The position numbers and the translations under genes were made by a program. A DNA stretch of 42,198 bases from Trichomonas gallinae (Eukaryota): assembly GCA_008369845.1 (NCBI GenBank), contig MRSU01003418.1:1-42198 (forward strand), given 5' to 3'. The notes beneath the pieces are model-generated. The model made no database searches and was not told the origin of the DNA. It saw only the letters and a program-made list of their open reading frames with translations. Of the stretch, positions 31,304 through 42,198 are shown piece after piece. Position 1 is the stretch's first letter; the number at the start of each line of letters is the position of its first letter.

Positions 31304-32419
31304 TTACAACAAATGTTGTATATCAAATCCATGTTCATCTACAAAACTACAAACATTAATATCATTTTCTGTATAAGTATTTGATGTTTGTTCTTCATCA
31401 CTTTCAACTTGCTGAATTTGAGCCTTATTGTGTGATTTTTGGTTCTTACTTTTTTGATGTATCCTGTTGTAAGTTTGCTCTATTTCTGAAATCTTGTTTT
31501 TGTTAATGATAAACATAAATAATAAATCGCAGAAATCTAAAATCGCATAATTAGGAAGATGCGCACATTTGTTTGGTGGAACAATTACACCATTGACTCT
31601 AAAAACTTGAGTTCCAATATTTTCTATATAAAATCTATAGTCTTCGAGAAATGTAATAATTGCTTGATTGTGAGAGATGTGACTACAATCATGATCGCAA
31701 ATAAGTGATAAATCTATATTAAGCTCTGCAATATAACGACGATATCCTATTGTCACAGTAACAGTTGTTATTTTGTAATAAGCTGTTTCCGATAATAAAA
31801 TTGCGAGTTCAGATCCATCGAAATATGTTGTTTCTGTCATTGGTAAGAAATTTTCCAATTCAGATAATTCATCTGTTCTTGTAAAAGGATATTTTTGCTC
31901 TTTTCGGCTTACACATCTGTATTGGCATGCTGCCAGATGTTTTGAATCAGATGTTAACGTTAAATAAATCATTTTTTCTGTTGTTATTCTGGAAATCATT
32001 TCATTTAATAATGTATTAATCTGTTCTGGAGTATAGTATTTGATTTTTTCTATTCTATTTAAAATTTCTTGTTGAGTTCGAATTGGATTGATATAATTCA
32101 ACCGATTATTTTGTATTTCTTGTTCTGCAAGCTGGTCTTTCTTTGTAATATATATATAGAGCCAATAATCTTCCTCAATATCCCAAGGAATTTCATCTCT
32201 TGGTTTTTGAACAGTTCGATTTACTCTGAAATATGAATGATACTGTTTTAGAAGCGTTTTAAAGCGTTTCTTGAATGTATCATGTGAGTAATTATTCTTA
32301 AAATTGAACATATTACTGATTTGAGAAAAAGGAACTGACAACGCCGCATCAATCAATGTTTCATCGTCTTGCGGTGGGAATTCTTCCCAAAACGTCTGCC
32401 AGTTCTCCCTTTTCATCAT
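31304..32419 (-). CDS. Microspherule protein 1 (MCRS1)-like protein with a C-terminal FHA domain
   Basis: N-terminal PQDDETLIDA...F...RFKTLL resembles MCRS1-N; LAIL...YKI...VTIG...IDLSL...ISHNQAII...FYIENIG...VNG is FHA-like. Confidence 0.78.
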   Translation of the reverse strand: MMKRENWQTFWEEFPPQDDETLIDAALSVPFSQISNMFNFKNNYSHDTFKKRFKTLLKQYHSYFRVNRTVQKPRDEIPWDIEEDYWLYIYITKKDQLAEQEIQNNRLNYINPIRTQQEILNRIEKIKYYTPEQINTLLNEMISRITTEKMIYLTLTSDSKHLAACQYRCVSRKEQKYPFTRTDELSELENFLPMTETTYFDGSELAILLSETAYYKITTVTVTIGYRRYIAELNIDLSLICDHDCSHISHNQAIITFLEDYRFYIENIGTQVFRVNGVIVPPNKCAHLPNYAILDFCDLLFMFIINKNKISEIEQTYNRIHQKSKNQKSHNKAQIQQVESDEEQTSNTYTENDINVCSFVDEHGFDIQHLL

Positions 32420-33254
32420 TAAATTTAAATTGGTAATTTTTTATTTGATTTAAAATGGCAGGGGTTATTCTGGAATCAGACCCTAAATTAAAATTGTATT
32501 TGAAATTCAGCGTCTTAATGGAATTAGATTCTCAATTATAAAAATAAGCTTTGTTTATTGGAGATGCAACCTAAGAAAGCAAATCATGTTGTTCTGAACA
32601 ACAGGTAAAAATTATTTTTGGTGACAGTTTGACAACATCATGATGATCATAAATTGAAGCATAAATCAAAGCTGTAATAACATCAAATCATTGAATTACG
32701 AGCTCAAATCTGATCTAATCGGAATGTTTATGAAAAAAAAGTAGAAATGTATATGATATATGGGGATCCTTTGCGTGATACATTGTTATCTGAAATAAGA
32801 TGTTTAAACAACTCACTTTTTGCGTAAAAAACTACGCAAAAAACAATTCTGAGTACGCAATGGCGTATGTCAAATGCATAAGGAAAATTTTTACGCATAG
32901 TCTGAAGATAATGGAGAAAATACAATAAGCTTGAATAAATGAAATTGTTGGCTGGAAAAAGCAAATCATTATCAATTAGATTTACTCACTACAGTGCGCC
33001 AATGCCTAAACAATGATAAAATCTAAAATATTCAAAAATTCAAATCAATTCAGAAGGAGTATCAAAATAGTGGTTGGCTAATGAGATTATATAATAGCAG
33101 TAATTCGACGAATATAATTAAATAAAAGTGACTTTTTGACGAACAACAAAATTTTCAGAATAGAAAAATTGAATAAAATACTACGAGAATATAATGAATT
33201 ATTCTAGCTTTTCGTTGTATTATATCAATGAATGTAATTAAATCATAAATTTAC

Positions 33255-36233
33255 ATGAATATCTTAACATCTTTGAAGCATTTTGTGGAGTTGGATAGAG
33301 TCAAGTCATACACAGAGTTCATTGTTGGAAACCATTCTATTTCTATTCCTGCAGAAGATAATACGCATGGAGAAATCGATGGAATGCTAATAATTCATTA
33401 TATCCGTGATAATGCAAATTTCTATGAAATTACGAATAAAAACAGCATTACAATTCAATATTCATTAGGATATCATATAATTACCCCTACAAATTTTATG
33501 AAAATTACATATCTTGCTCCAAACTTGATTCTATCGAGCTTACAACGTCAGGAAACAATAAGAATTACAAAGTATGATGATGTTTCAGTACAATTATTGA
33601 ACAACTCTTTTTATGAAATTATTTTAAAAATTCTACAGAAATCAGTGAAACCTAAAGAAAAGTCATTAGTAAGTACTAATATTAAACGAAATTCATTAGC
33701 AAATATAAATCCTCCATATTTCAGTGTAAACAAGAATTCTTTTGAAGGAAAAACTTTCTATCGTGGTTTACCAATACAGGTATCTGGAATGCTTTCTACC
33801 GCCCTTAATACTCATGTTGATAGATATCATACAATCGAAATGGAATATTATCCAAATGGCTGGGTTAATGTTCATTCTGATAAATATAAAGCAGGAAATT
33901 ATCAAATTTCGTTTGTAATAGATTCAAATAAATTTAGTATTCCAACCCAGAAAATTCGTTTTAAAGTTAAAGATACCAATACATGTGATCCAATTAGTGA
34001 CTATTATAAGTTAACAATGAAAGAAAGAATATCAATTGAAGGACTGCAATTAGAAAATTCAAATTTGACTGTTGATGATACTGACATTGTAGTTAAATTT
34101 AATAAAATCATCAATTGCCAAAAAACACAAAATATTATGACATATTATTATATTAATGATATAATCCAAGGTACACAACAAATATCAACTTCCACAAAAC
34201 AAATTGCCATAAAGAAAATCTTTGATAAACTAAAATTTGGAACTCATACCTTGACAATGTTTATTAACGATTCATATTCATGGAGCAAAAATTACACTCT
34301 TGAATTCAGTTATACAGACGTAACATTGAAATTAATTAACTGTCAAATGGAACAAGATGTATATTATAATAAGAAAGATGAAACAATTAGTGCTTCCTGT
34401 TTTCTAACCTACAATGGACGATATAGTTTAGTCTACGATAGCCAAATTGAAAATTATCCATCACAAAAATATGTTTTTAATAATATCACTATATATCATA
34501 AAATTCCCGAAGGTTTGAGTGAAGGGATTTACAATTTCTATATCACAGTGAAAGAGAACAAGGAAAAGAATCCAAGAATAAGTTCAAAAATTTCATTGAA
34601 ATTTACACTTAAGTTTAATTCTCCGATCATGGACATATATAACAAAGATGAAATCAAGATTTATTACAAAAATCAAGATAAAACAATTCAAATAAACTAC
34701 GATCTTAGTGATGTTGATGGTTTAACAAATATACTGATTTTATATAAATTTGATTCTAAGCCTGAACAAAATCAAATGGTTTCATTTCGAAGTGCTTCAG
34801 TTTCAAATGAAAATCTTCATTTAAATTTCCCAGATGACCTCAATGGCGATGATCATTCGTTAACAATTCGTGCATTTGATGGCAAATATTATTCTAAACA
34901 ATCAATTTTACACTTCAAATACTTGTCTAATGCCCCAAATTTAACAATTTCGAACAATGAAGAAATAAGAACTTATTACAACAACATCGACAAAGCCATT
35001 TTAATATATTATAATATTTTCGATGCTGATGGACTCAATAATGTTGCATTAAAATATGACATTGATGACATTAATCAAGAAACAAATCAATTATATTCTC
35101 AAGAAAAATCGCTGACAAATCAGGTTTTACAAATTCCTTTTCCACCTAAATTGGAAGAAGGAAAACACATTATCCATATCTATGCCACCGATGGAAAAAG
35201 AAATAGTGAAACACTTGCCAAACAATTTATTTATATGTATAATGAGCCATCTTTCATTTCTTTACAAATTGATAAAAATGTCTACATTAATAACATCGAC
35301 ACAATGATTACAGCAAGTGGAAAAATACAAGATGAAGATGGCAATGAAAACATAATTTTGAAATTTTTAATCGACAATGAAATAGTAAATGAAATAAGAA
35401 TAAACATCAACACAATATATAATTTTTCTCTTGATGGTTGGAAAAAAGAGCTTAAAAAAGGAGATCATCAAGTTAAAATAATTGCAATAGATACCCATAA
35501 AAAGCAGGCAATCTCTCAAGAAATGTCATTTTATTATAATTTTACAGAACCAAAAATTGGACTGGTTCTACCTGTGGATCCAGTTTTCATTAAGCAATTC
35601 TATGATAAGTATCATATTGTTATTGTCAATATCACTGATATTAATGCACCATGTAAATTAACCAAGAAATATCAAGTCGAAAATCATGAAATTGTGTCAA
35701 ATGAAATTTTTATATCAGACGTTCTAATTCATGACTATCGAATTGATATTCCTGAGGATTTACCAATTGGAAATCATTATATTGATATTTGGGTAGAAAA
35801 TGAATATTTTCCATCAGAAAAAATACATATCAATTTTACTGTTTGTCAGGATTATCCTGCTCCATTTATACGTGTCAAAAATCTTCCAAAAAAGCGACTG
35901 ATCAAAACGCAGAATGGAACTGTGGATTTCGATATTCAAGCAAAAGTATACAATTCAGATCAATTAAATATTTCATATTCCTTAGATAATAATTCGGATG
36001 TTCTTATTTGCGCAGTTCTAAAATCCGACTACCAAGGAATTTATTCTTTTAACACTCAAAATATTGAACAAGGCCATCATGTTATTGAATTTAGGGCATG
36101 TGATTCTAGTGGAAAATGTTCATTGTCTGATAAAATTGAGTTTATTATGGAAAACTATCCAAAAACCAATATTCCAATGGTTTACAAACAAAGTTTATTT
36201 CGAAGAAGTCGAATGAATGAAAATTCACACTGA
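33255..36233 (+). CDS. Bap-like / Ig-fold tandem repeat protein
   Basis: ~100-aa beta-rich repeats with N-x-P, D-x-D-G and L-x-x-G-x-H-x-I-x-I-x-A-x-D (e.g. DVDG, DADG, DEDG; LEEGKHIIHIYATDG). Confidence 0.8.
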   Translation: MNILTSLKHFVELDRVKSYTEFIVGNHSISIPAEDNTHGEIDGMLIIHYIRDNANFYEITNKNSITIQYSLGYHIITPTNFMKITYLAPNLILSSLQRQETIRITKYDDVSVQLLNNSFYEIILKILQKSVKPKEKSLVSTNIKRNSLANINPPYFSVNKNSFEGKTFYRGLPIQVSGMLSTALNTHVDRYHTIEMEYYPNGWVNVHSDKYKAGNYQISFVIDSNKFSIPTQKIRFKVKDTNTCDPISDYYKLTMKERISIEGLQLENSNLTVDDTDIVVKFNKIINCQKTQNIMTYYYINDIIQGTQQISTSTKQIAIKKIFDKLKFGTHTLTMFINDSYSWSKNYTLEFSYTDVTLKLINCQMEQDVYYNKKDETISASCFLTYNGRYSLVYDSQIENYPSQKYVFNNITIYHKIPEGLSEGIYNFYITVKENKEKNPRISSKISLKFTLKFNSPIMDIYNKDEIKIYYKNQDKTIQINYDLSDVDGLTNILILYKFDSKPEQNQMVSFRSASVSNENLHLNFPDDLNGDDHSLTIRAFDGKYYSKQSILHFKYLSNAPNLTISNNEEIRTYYNNIDKAILIYYNIFDADGLNNVALKYDIDDINQETNQLYSQEKSLTNQVLQIPFPPKLEEGKHIIHIYATDGKRNSETLAKQFIYMYNEPSFISLQIDKNVYINNIDTMITASGKIQDEDGNENIILKFLIDNEIVNEIRININTIYNFSLDGWKKELKKGDHQVKIIAIDTHKKQAISQEMSFYYNFTEPKIGLVLPVDPVFIKQFYDKYHIVIVNITDINAPCKLTKKYQVENHEIVSNEIFISDVLIHDYRIDIPEDLPIGNHYIDIWVENEYFPSEKIHINFTVCQDYPAPFIRVKNLPKKRLIKTQNGTVDFDIQAKVYNSDQLNISYSLDNNSDVLICAVLKSDYQGIYSFNTQNIEQGHHVIEFRACDSSGKCSLSDKIEFIMENYPKTNIPMVYKQSLFRRSRMNENSH

Positions 36234-36319
36234 CATAATAATTATTTAATTTATACGATTGTAAATATAAAAAAGTTCATAAAAATAACATTTTTAAAAT
36301 AAAAACATATAAAATAAAA

Positions 36320-39300
36320 TTAAATTAGTGAATTCTTGAGTTCGTCATATGATTCTTGTGCTTTCTGAGGAACCTTGTCACCAATAACGACAATGAATGC
36401 CTTCAATGCTTCACGAGCTTTCTCGCATTTTGTGTAGAATGTTTCATTGTCCTGGCAACGCTCGATGAGTGCATCAACAATGTCATTGAATGCGTCTTCA
36501 GAGTATTCTGTTGTCTGAACACCCAAAATCTCGCATAATGGATCTAAAACCTTTGTCAATGGAATTGATGATGAAACGATATCCATTAATGACTGAATGC
36601 GATTTTCGTATTCGTACAATCTTCCTCCAAGAATGAGCTGCTCGCTGACGAATGACTCTGTTGGTACATAGCTCTGATCCAAATCTGGAGCCATGCCGAT
36701 TGGAGTCATGAGGTACTTCTTGATTCCTGAAACGAGGTTTGTGACATTGTTCGATTTAGGTACAGCGCTGTTTGGAATCAGTGAATAAATGATCTTCAAG
36801 TCATTGAGCAGCTTGTTCATGTGTTTCTGGATGTCACGTGGCTGCGAGTAAGCGTTGAGGTTGACTGTTGGTGGGAACATTGTCTTAATCATCATGTTGC
36901 AAGCGTCTGTTGCCTTCCTGACAATTTCTGGATTTGTGTTCTTGTTGCCTGCGACTGAGAATCTGTTGACTAAGTATTCGTACTTCTGGATCAACTGATC
37001 GAATCTCTTTTTCATTGTTGCGACTCTGTGATCGACAGTGAGCAGTGGCTTCTCAGCTGTGTCTTGGATTAAGTCAACAATGAAGTGTGGATATTTGATG
37101 CAAAATTCTTTCATGATGACGACTATTCCTGCTTCTTTAGAAACGCCGTCGTAAATGTGTGGATATGCCTTGAATATCAGATCTCTCAGCTGCTTCTCGT
37201 TGTTCTGGTAAATCTGGCACCTCCTCATCAATATTCTGTAGTTCTTCTTGATCTTTACTGCACCATCAGTGCTGAATTTGTCGATAATGTCGACATTTTC
37301 TTGTTCAATTGACTTGAGCTTTTCTTCAATAATCAAAGCCTGTTGTTGTGCTTTCTTCATTTCTGTGTTCGTCTTCGCGATTGATGACTTGATGAGTCCG
37401 CGAATGCGTCTGGCCTCGTCCATGATGTCAGATGTGTCTTCTGGGCCGTTGACGTAGAACTTGACTGGTTCGCCGCCAACTAAACTGCTGAATGTCGACA
37501 AAATGTTGGAAACTGTTTCACTGCAGAACTTGAGCAATGAGCTGTAATCGTTGATGTCGATCAATGCGCAAACAGCCTTTGCTATTGCTGCATCATTGGA
37601 TGTGGATATGACAGAGATGTTAGATTTGGCTGCAGTGTCAGTCAAAATCTTCATTACTGCCTCGTGATTTGTTTCTAAGTTCTTGTGGGCTTCTCTGAGC
37701 TTGGATCTCAGTCTTTCTGATTTGATCAATCTTCTCTTCAATTCGATCAAAATTGCCTTCATTTCGTTGCACATCTTTGCGAGTTTCTCTGCCTCCATGT
37801 CTTTGTCTACTGGTTCGATTGTGTTCGACTCTTGGATGCCTTCGACTGTTGAGTTCAGGCTTGGCTCTTCAATTGCTTGCTTGTTGATCATTGCCGCTAA
37901 TGATGATTCTGCCTGCTGAGCTTTGGTAATTGCATCCTCAAGCTTCTGCTTAAGTTCTGTGATTTCATCTTCTTGCTTTTGCAGTTTCTCTGCGTTTTCT
38001 TGTAACTCAAGTGATTTGACTGCATCTTGTGCTTGTAATTCTTCTAACTTCTTGGATTTCTCTTCGAGATCATTGACTGCGACTGCTTCGCTTTGTTTAG
38101 ATTGTTCTAAGTCGTCTGTGAGATGAAGAACTTGGTTGTGAAGGACTCTAACCAAGTTTTCCATTCTTTCTGCTCTCTGATCTGGTGTTTCGCCTTCAAT
38201 AACTTCTAAAATGTCTGGACCGTTCGTTGAGTCAATGATTTCTTTAAGCTTCATGTTTTCTTCGTATAACTCCATGATCTTAGCGTTTGCCTTTGCTTCG
38301 ATCTGCTTGATTAACTTCTCCTGGAATTCTTCTGGTGTTTCGTCATTCTTGTGTTCAACTTCTACTTCTTCTAAGTTGACCATTACATCGTTCTTGATCT
38401 TCTCTGCGTTCTTCCTTGCAAGCTCTGCTTCGAGCTCTTGCAATCTGAGCTGCTGCTCTTCTGTCTTCTTCTGGAGCTCTGCAACTCTCTCGTTAACCAA
38501 TCTGTCAACCTTTTCGTTGATCTTCTCGATTGGTTCACCCTTTTCGTCGCCGATATCCTTGAAAGAGAACTTGGCTTCTGGATAATTATCTTTGAGTACG
38601 TTGAGCTGCTCTGTCAAGTTCTTGATTTCGGCATCTTTGTCATCTTGTAATGATGAATTGTTCTGAATTTGATCAATCTTGTCAAGCAACTCTTGTTTCT
38701 GCATTTCTTGCAACTTGAGCTGCTTCTCGAGTTGAGCAATCTTCTCGTTTGCTTTCTCTTCGATTGCTGCAATGTATTTAGCTTGTCTCTCAGCTTCTGT
38801 TTCAGCCTCGATTGTATCAATTGGGACTTGTTCGGCTGCCTTGAATTGAGAAACTTGTGGCTGCTTAAGAGCCTCAATTTGTGACTTGAGTTCTTCAATC
38901 AAATTGTCTTTCTCTACGAGTTTGTCTAAGAACATTTGCTGCTTGGCGTCTAAGAAGTGCTCAAGCTCCTTGATGATGTTGGCCTCTGGCTGCTTTCCGT
39001 CGTCTTCCAGTGGCTGGATCTTCTTCGTTTCTGAGACTGGTGAAATAAGTGATACTTTAGTTGGCTCCTGGCTTTGTGCTCCAAATTTGTTCTTTGGAAC
39101 TCTGACAACCAATTCTTCGAACTCAGGCTGTTCGATGTTGTTTTCTGCGATGATCGCTCTCAAGTTGTTGATGATTCCGTTGGCTTCTCTGTCAACAGCA
39201 TCCAAGTATCTCTCCTGGTACTGCTCTGGTGCTTCGCCTGGGATTTCATCAATGACAACATCTCTAGATGAGAATTCGTCTGTGTTTTCTAAGACACATG

Positions 39301-42198
39301 CTGCCTTGAGTTTGTTCTTGAGTCGTTGAATTTCAGCGAGATTTGATGCTTGTGCGATTGCCAGAACTCTTGTGAGTCTTTCGTCTTCTGTTTCTCCTTC
39401 TTGCAATGCCATGTCTGCTGCGCTGATTGCTGGCTGTTCTGGGATCTTGTTGGACTCGATTGCTTCATCGAGCAACTTCTGAAGGTTTCTGTTTCGCTTT
39501 TGCAAAATTGCAATCTTCTTAAGTGCAGCTGCTTCAACCGCTTCTGTCAGTCTCTTCTCGTGATTTTCTGGAGTTTCTCCTGGAATCTCAGGGATCTCAA
39601 TGTTGTCGATGATTGAGCCAACAGGAAGCATTGAAAGCTCTTCTTCTTTGACGAGCTTCTTCAACTCTTCGTTCTCTTTCTCGAGGTTCAGTATGTGGTG
39701 TGACATTTTGTTCTTCTCTGTGATCGTTTCTTCTGAAATCAGCTTCTTGAGATTCTCGTTTTCGAATGTGAGTGTCTTGATTTGTGCCAGCAATTCTTCT
39801 TTGTCAGGGCCCTGTTCTTCACCATCGAGTGAATCGTTGGGCTTGGAGTCGCCGTTCCTTGACTGTGCCTTCTTCAGCTCATTGTGCAAGTGCTTGACTG
39901 TAGCCTTTTCGTCTTCGATTTGCTTGTTGAGTGTTTCGATTGCTTGGTTGAGATTCTCCTTCTCTTGGCCGAGTCTGTTGTTGTTTTCTTTTGCAGCTTC
40001 GACATCGGCTCTGAGTTGGTTAATTGCTGTCTCCTGTTCTTTGAGCAGCTTCTTCAAATTGTCAACATTTCCATCTGATGAGCCATCTAATGAAATGTCA
40101 CGGCTGCGCATATTAGCTAATGGGTCATAGTTAAGGAGAACTTCGGAGAGTTTGCTGTAGATCGCGTGACTGTTGCTGTTAACTAACTTGTAAAGTTCAT
40201 CGTTGACAACAGTGTCATCATTTATTGTTTGAGACGATGGAAGTTCGCCAAATTGTTTGTTGAGATTATTGAGTTGCTTGATATAAGAATCGTTTTCGAA
40301 CTGTTTGTTGCGGATCTTTTCGTTCAGTGTGTTACGAACTGCTTCATGATCATTATAATCTTCGTCATCAGATAAAACGACGCAAGCTGACTTAGCAACA
40401 TTAGAATAGTCAATGTCGTACTTGAAGATAGGTGGTGTGAACTTGATGCCGTTTGATTTGGCGAATTCGCGGAGATATTTGTTATCTTCATTCAGACCAT
40501 GTAGCTTGTTCTCTAATGCGATGTTTTCAATGATATCTTGGACTGCTTGCTGATCCTGGATGTTGAGAGAAATTATTGTCTGCTTCATCAAATCATTGAA
40601 AGTATTAAGATCGACTTGATCCTTTTCTAACAATGATCTAGCTGTGTAAAGATTTGCATTCTTTGTCTTGAGTTGGTTGATTTGTTCATTGAGCTGAGCA
40701 ATTTGTTCGCTCTTGACATTGACATCCTTCAAAAGTTTGTTGTTTTCTTCGAGTTTCTCCATGTAAAGTGCCTGATAGTTCTGAGAATTGTCTGGATTCG
40801 TTTCATCGACATTCTGCTTGTTCTCATCATTCAATGACTTCTCATTTTCCTTAAGTTCATCTGTTTGATCTCCTTTTTCAGAATCATTTGAAGATGATGA
40901 ACATGTATTTTCTTCATTCTTGCTCTCTTCATCCATAGCAACTTCATTCTTGTCTTCTTCTTTAGCAACTTCTGCCTTGTTTTCTTCATCCTTAGTAACT
41001 TCTGCATTGTTTTCTTCGTTTGCGGACAATTGCTGCTTTAGTTCTTCTAATTCTGATTTGAGTTTAGCGATTTCAGTCTGCAATTCATCTGAATCTGATT
41101 TAAGCTGATCAATCTCTTGCTGCTTCTGGTTGTTGTCGTTAACGAGCTTAAGGTTCTCATTAACTTTGTCGTTGTACAAACTCTGGAAGTCTGCATCGGG
41201 CTGGACAGAATTTTGTTGCTCAGCTTGTTTAGCAAGGATTTCTTCCAATTGCTTCTGGAGTGTTTCATTGAGAGCTCTTTCGTCTGCAAGGCTGAGTGTT
41301 GTTGATTTCTCAAGTTTCTCGTTTTCTTCTTTGAGTCTGGCAATTTCTTGTTGAAGCTCCTCGAGAGATGGACTCTCTGTGATCGTTGGAACTGACTGTA
41401 ATGCGACCTTTTCGAATGTCTTTGAATCGTCTTCTGAATCAGCCTCTGACTCTTGATATGATGAATCATCATCGACGTAATTGATAGCATCACTTGCTGA
41501 CGCTGAGATTTCAACTGATGACAAATCTTCAGCCCTTGATTCGTCTTCGAAAGCTGGGATTTGGCTGAGAGATCCATCGTCTGTCAAGCTCTCCTTAGAG
41601 CGATGCTTCTTTGATCTGTGCTTCGATCTGTGTTTGCTCTTCTTGTGGTTACGCAATAGTGCGGTGAGGCGAATGTTCTCCTTCTGAAGCTTTTCGAGCT
41701 GCTTCTTGGCAGCTGAAAGCTCATCTTCGAGTTCACTTGGATTGGAATCAACTGCTTCTGTGTTTGTTGATGATTCTGATGTCTTCGACTCTTGCAGTTC
41801 TTTGTTCTTCATGTGAAGTGTTTCTTCGTCATCATCGAAGGATACGACGAGTGATGGAGAAATAGAAATGATGATTGGCTTTGGTGGCTGAGAAGCATCT
41901 GATTGTTGATCATCTGACTGTATTGGAACATCAACTGTTTCTCTTTCTGAGTTTGAATGTTTGTCGTTGAGTTCAGAATTGGATGCTTCGAGCTTGGAAA
42001 TTAAATCATTCAAGCGTGCAATTTCGTTGGATTTCTGTGCATTGTCATCAGCAAGAATGTCATTTTCATTGCACTTGTCCTTGTAAAGGGACTGAAGATC
42101 ATTAACGTTCTCGACATCAACAGCTGGATGTGTCTCTAATGATAACTGTTGCTGCTCCCGTTGTTCAAGAAGAGCATTGATCTGATCTTGAAGTTCTT
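36320..42198 (-). CDS. Giant acidic coiled-coil protein ('viral A-type inclusion'-like annotation class); 5' end lies outside the window
   Basis: The frame stays open from the track's TTG at 42013 to the window edge (ELQDQINALLEQREQQQ...). Internal repeats QxLYxxKxxEN and GETPE. Confidence 0.9.
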   Translation of the reverse strand, partial: ELQDQINALLEQREQQQLSLETHPAVDVENVNDLQSLYKDKCNENDILADDNAQKSNEIARLNDLISKLEASNSELNDKHSNSERETVDVPIQSDDQQSDASQPPKPIIISISPSLVVSFDDDEETLHMKNKELQESKTSESSTNTEAVDSNPSELEDELSAAKKQLEKLQKENIRLTALLRNHKKSKHRSKHRSKKHRSKESLTDDGSLSQIPAFEDESRAEDLSSVEISASASDAINYVDDDSSYQESEADSEDDSKTFEKVALQSVPTITESPSLEELQQEIARLKEENEKLEKSTTLSLADERALNETLQKQLEEILAKQAEQQNSVQPDADFQSLYNDKVNENLKLVNDNNQKQQEIDQLKSDSDELQTEIAKLKSELEELKQQLSANEENNAEVTKDEENKAEVAKEEDKNEVAMDEESKNEENTCSSSSNDSEKGDQTDELKENEKSLNDENKQNVDETNPDNSQNYQALYMEKLEENNKLLKDVNVKSEQIAQLNEQINQLKTKNANLYTARSLLEKDQVDLNTFNDLMKQTIISLNIQDQQAVQDIIENIALENKLHGLNEDNKYLREFAKSNGIKFTPPIFKYDIDYSNVAKSACVVLSDDEDYNDHEAVRNTLNEKIRNKQFENDSYIKQLNNLNKQFGELPSSQTINDDTVVNDELYKLVNSNSHAIYSKLSEVLLNYDPLANMRSRDISLDGSSDGNVDNLKKLLKEQETAINQLRADVEAAKENNNRLGQEKENLNQAIETLNKQIEDEKATVKHLHNELKKAQSRNGDSKPNDSLDGEEQGPDKEELLAQIKTLTFENENLKKLISEETITEKNKMSHHILNLEKENEELKKLVKEEELSMLPVGSIIDNIEIPEIPGETPENHEKRLTEAVEAAALKKIAILQKRNRNLQKLLDEAIESNKIPEQPAISAADMALQEGETEDERLTRVLAIAQASNLAEIQRLKNKLKAACVLENTDEFSSRDVVIDEIPGEAPEQYQERYLDAVDREANGIINNLRAIIAENNIEQPEFEELVVRVPKNKFGAQSQEPTKVSLISPVSETKKIQPLEDDGKQPEANIIKELEHFLDAKQQMFLDKLVEKDNLIEELKSQIEALKQPQVSQFKAAEQVPIDTIEAETEAERQAKYIAAIEEKANEKIAQLEKQLKLQEMQKQELLDKIDQIQNNSSLQDDKDAEIKNLTEQLNVLKDNYPEAKFSFKDIGDEKGEPIEKINEKVDRLVNERVAELQKKTEEQQLRLQELEAELARKNAEKIKNDVMVNLEEVEVEHKNDETPEEFQEKLIKQIEAKANAKIMELYEENMKLKEIIDSTNGPDILEVIEGETPDQRAERMENLVRVLHNQVLHLTDDLEQSKQSEAVAVNDLEEKSKKLEELQAQDAVKSLELQENAEKLQKQEDEITELKQKLEDAITKAQQAESSLAAMINKQAIEEPSLNSTVEGIQESNTIEPVDKDMEAEKLAKMCNEMKAILIELKRRLIKSERLRSKLREAHKNLETNHEAVMKILTDTAAKSNISVISTSNDAAIAKAVCALIDINDYSSLLKFCSETVSNILSTFSSLVGGEPVKFYVNGPEDTSDIMDEARRIRGLIKSSIAKTNTEMKKAQQQALIIEEKLKSIEQENVDIIDKFSTDGAVKIKKNYRILMRRCQIYQNNEKQLRDLIFKAYPHIYDGVSKEAGIVVIMKEFCIKYPHFIVDLIQDTAEKPLLTVDHRVATMKKRFDQLIQKYEYLVNRFSVAGNKNTNPEIVRKATDACNMMIKTMFPPTVNLNAYSQPRDIQKHMNKLLNDLKIIYSLIPNSAVPKSNNVTNLVSGIKKYLMTPIGMAPDLDQSYVPTESFVSEQLILGGRLYEYENRIQSLMDIVSSSIPLTKVLDPLCEILGVQTTEYSEDAFNDIVDALIERCQDNETFYTKCEKAREALKAFIVVIGDKVPQKAQESYDELKNSLI

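Noticed and set aside
36356..41687. Many antisense and alternative-frame ORFs over the giant coiled-coil gene
   Set aside because: Expected from codon bias on the opposite strand of a Glu/Lys-rich gene.

Overview
AT-rich, gene-dense, apparently intron-less eukaryotic DNA that reads as a trichomonad, most likely Trichomonas vaginalis. This is inferred from the gene families, the hydrogenosomal-type presequence and the Inr/M3-like core promoters. There are 15 protein-coding genes, two truncated by the window ends: a Pmp-like surface protein with a TPSS stalk (missed by the ORF track), a hypothetical membrane protein with no ATG at its apparent start, a tail-anchored TPR-like protein, PP2A B56, hydrogenosomal Nfu, a C2-like protein, a bacterial-type SAM methyltransferase, a homeodomain-like/WD40 fusion, a degenerate membrane-anchored Hsp70-like protein, a MAN1/Src1-like protein, an MCRS1-like FHA protein, an Ig-like repeat protein and several large helical or coiled-coil proteins. 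The most striking unexplained signals are non-coding: (i) a ~195-nt multi-branched structured RNA candidate at 28206-28400 that matches no family I recognise; (ii) three long hairpins at 2816-3282; (iii) a recurrent TTTACATGTCA motif, arrayed seven times at 5147-5389. All folds were done by eye and no searches were run.
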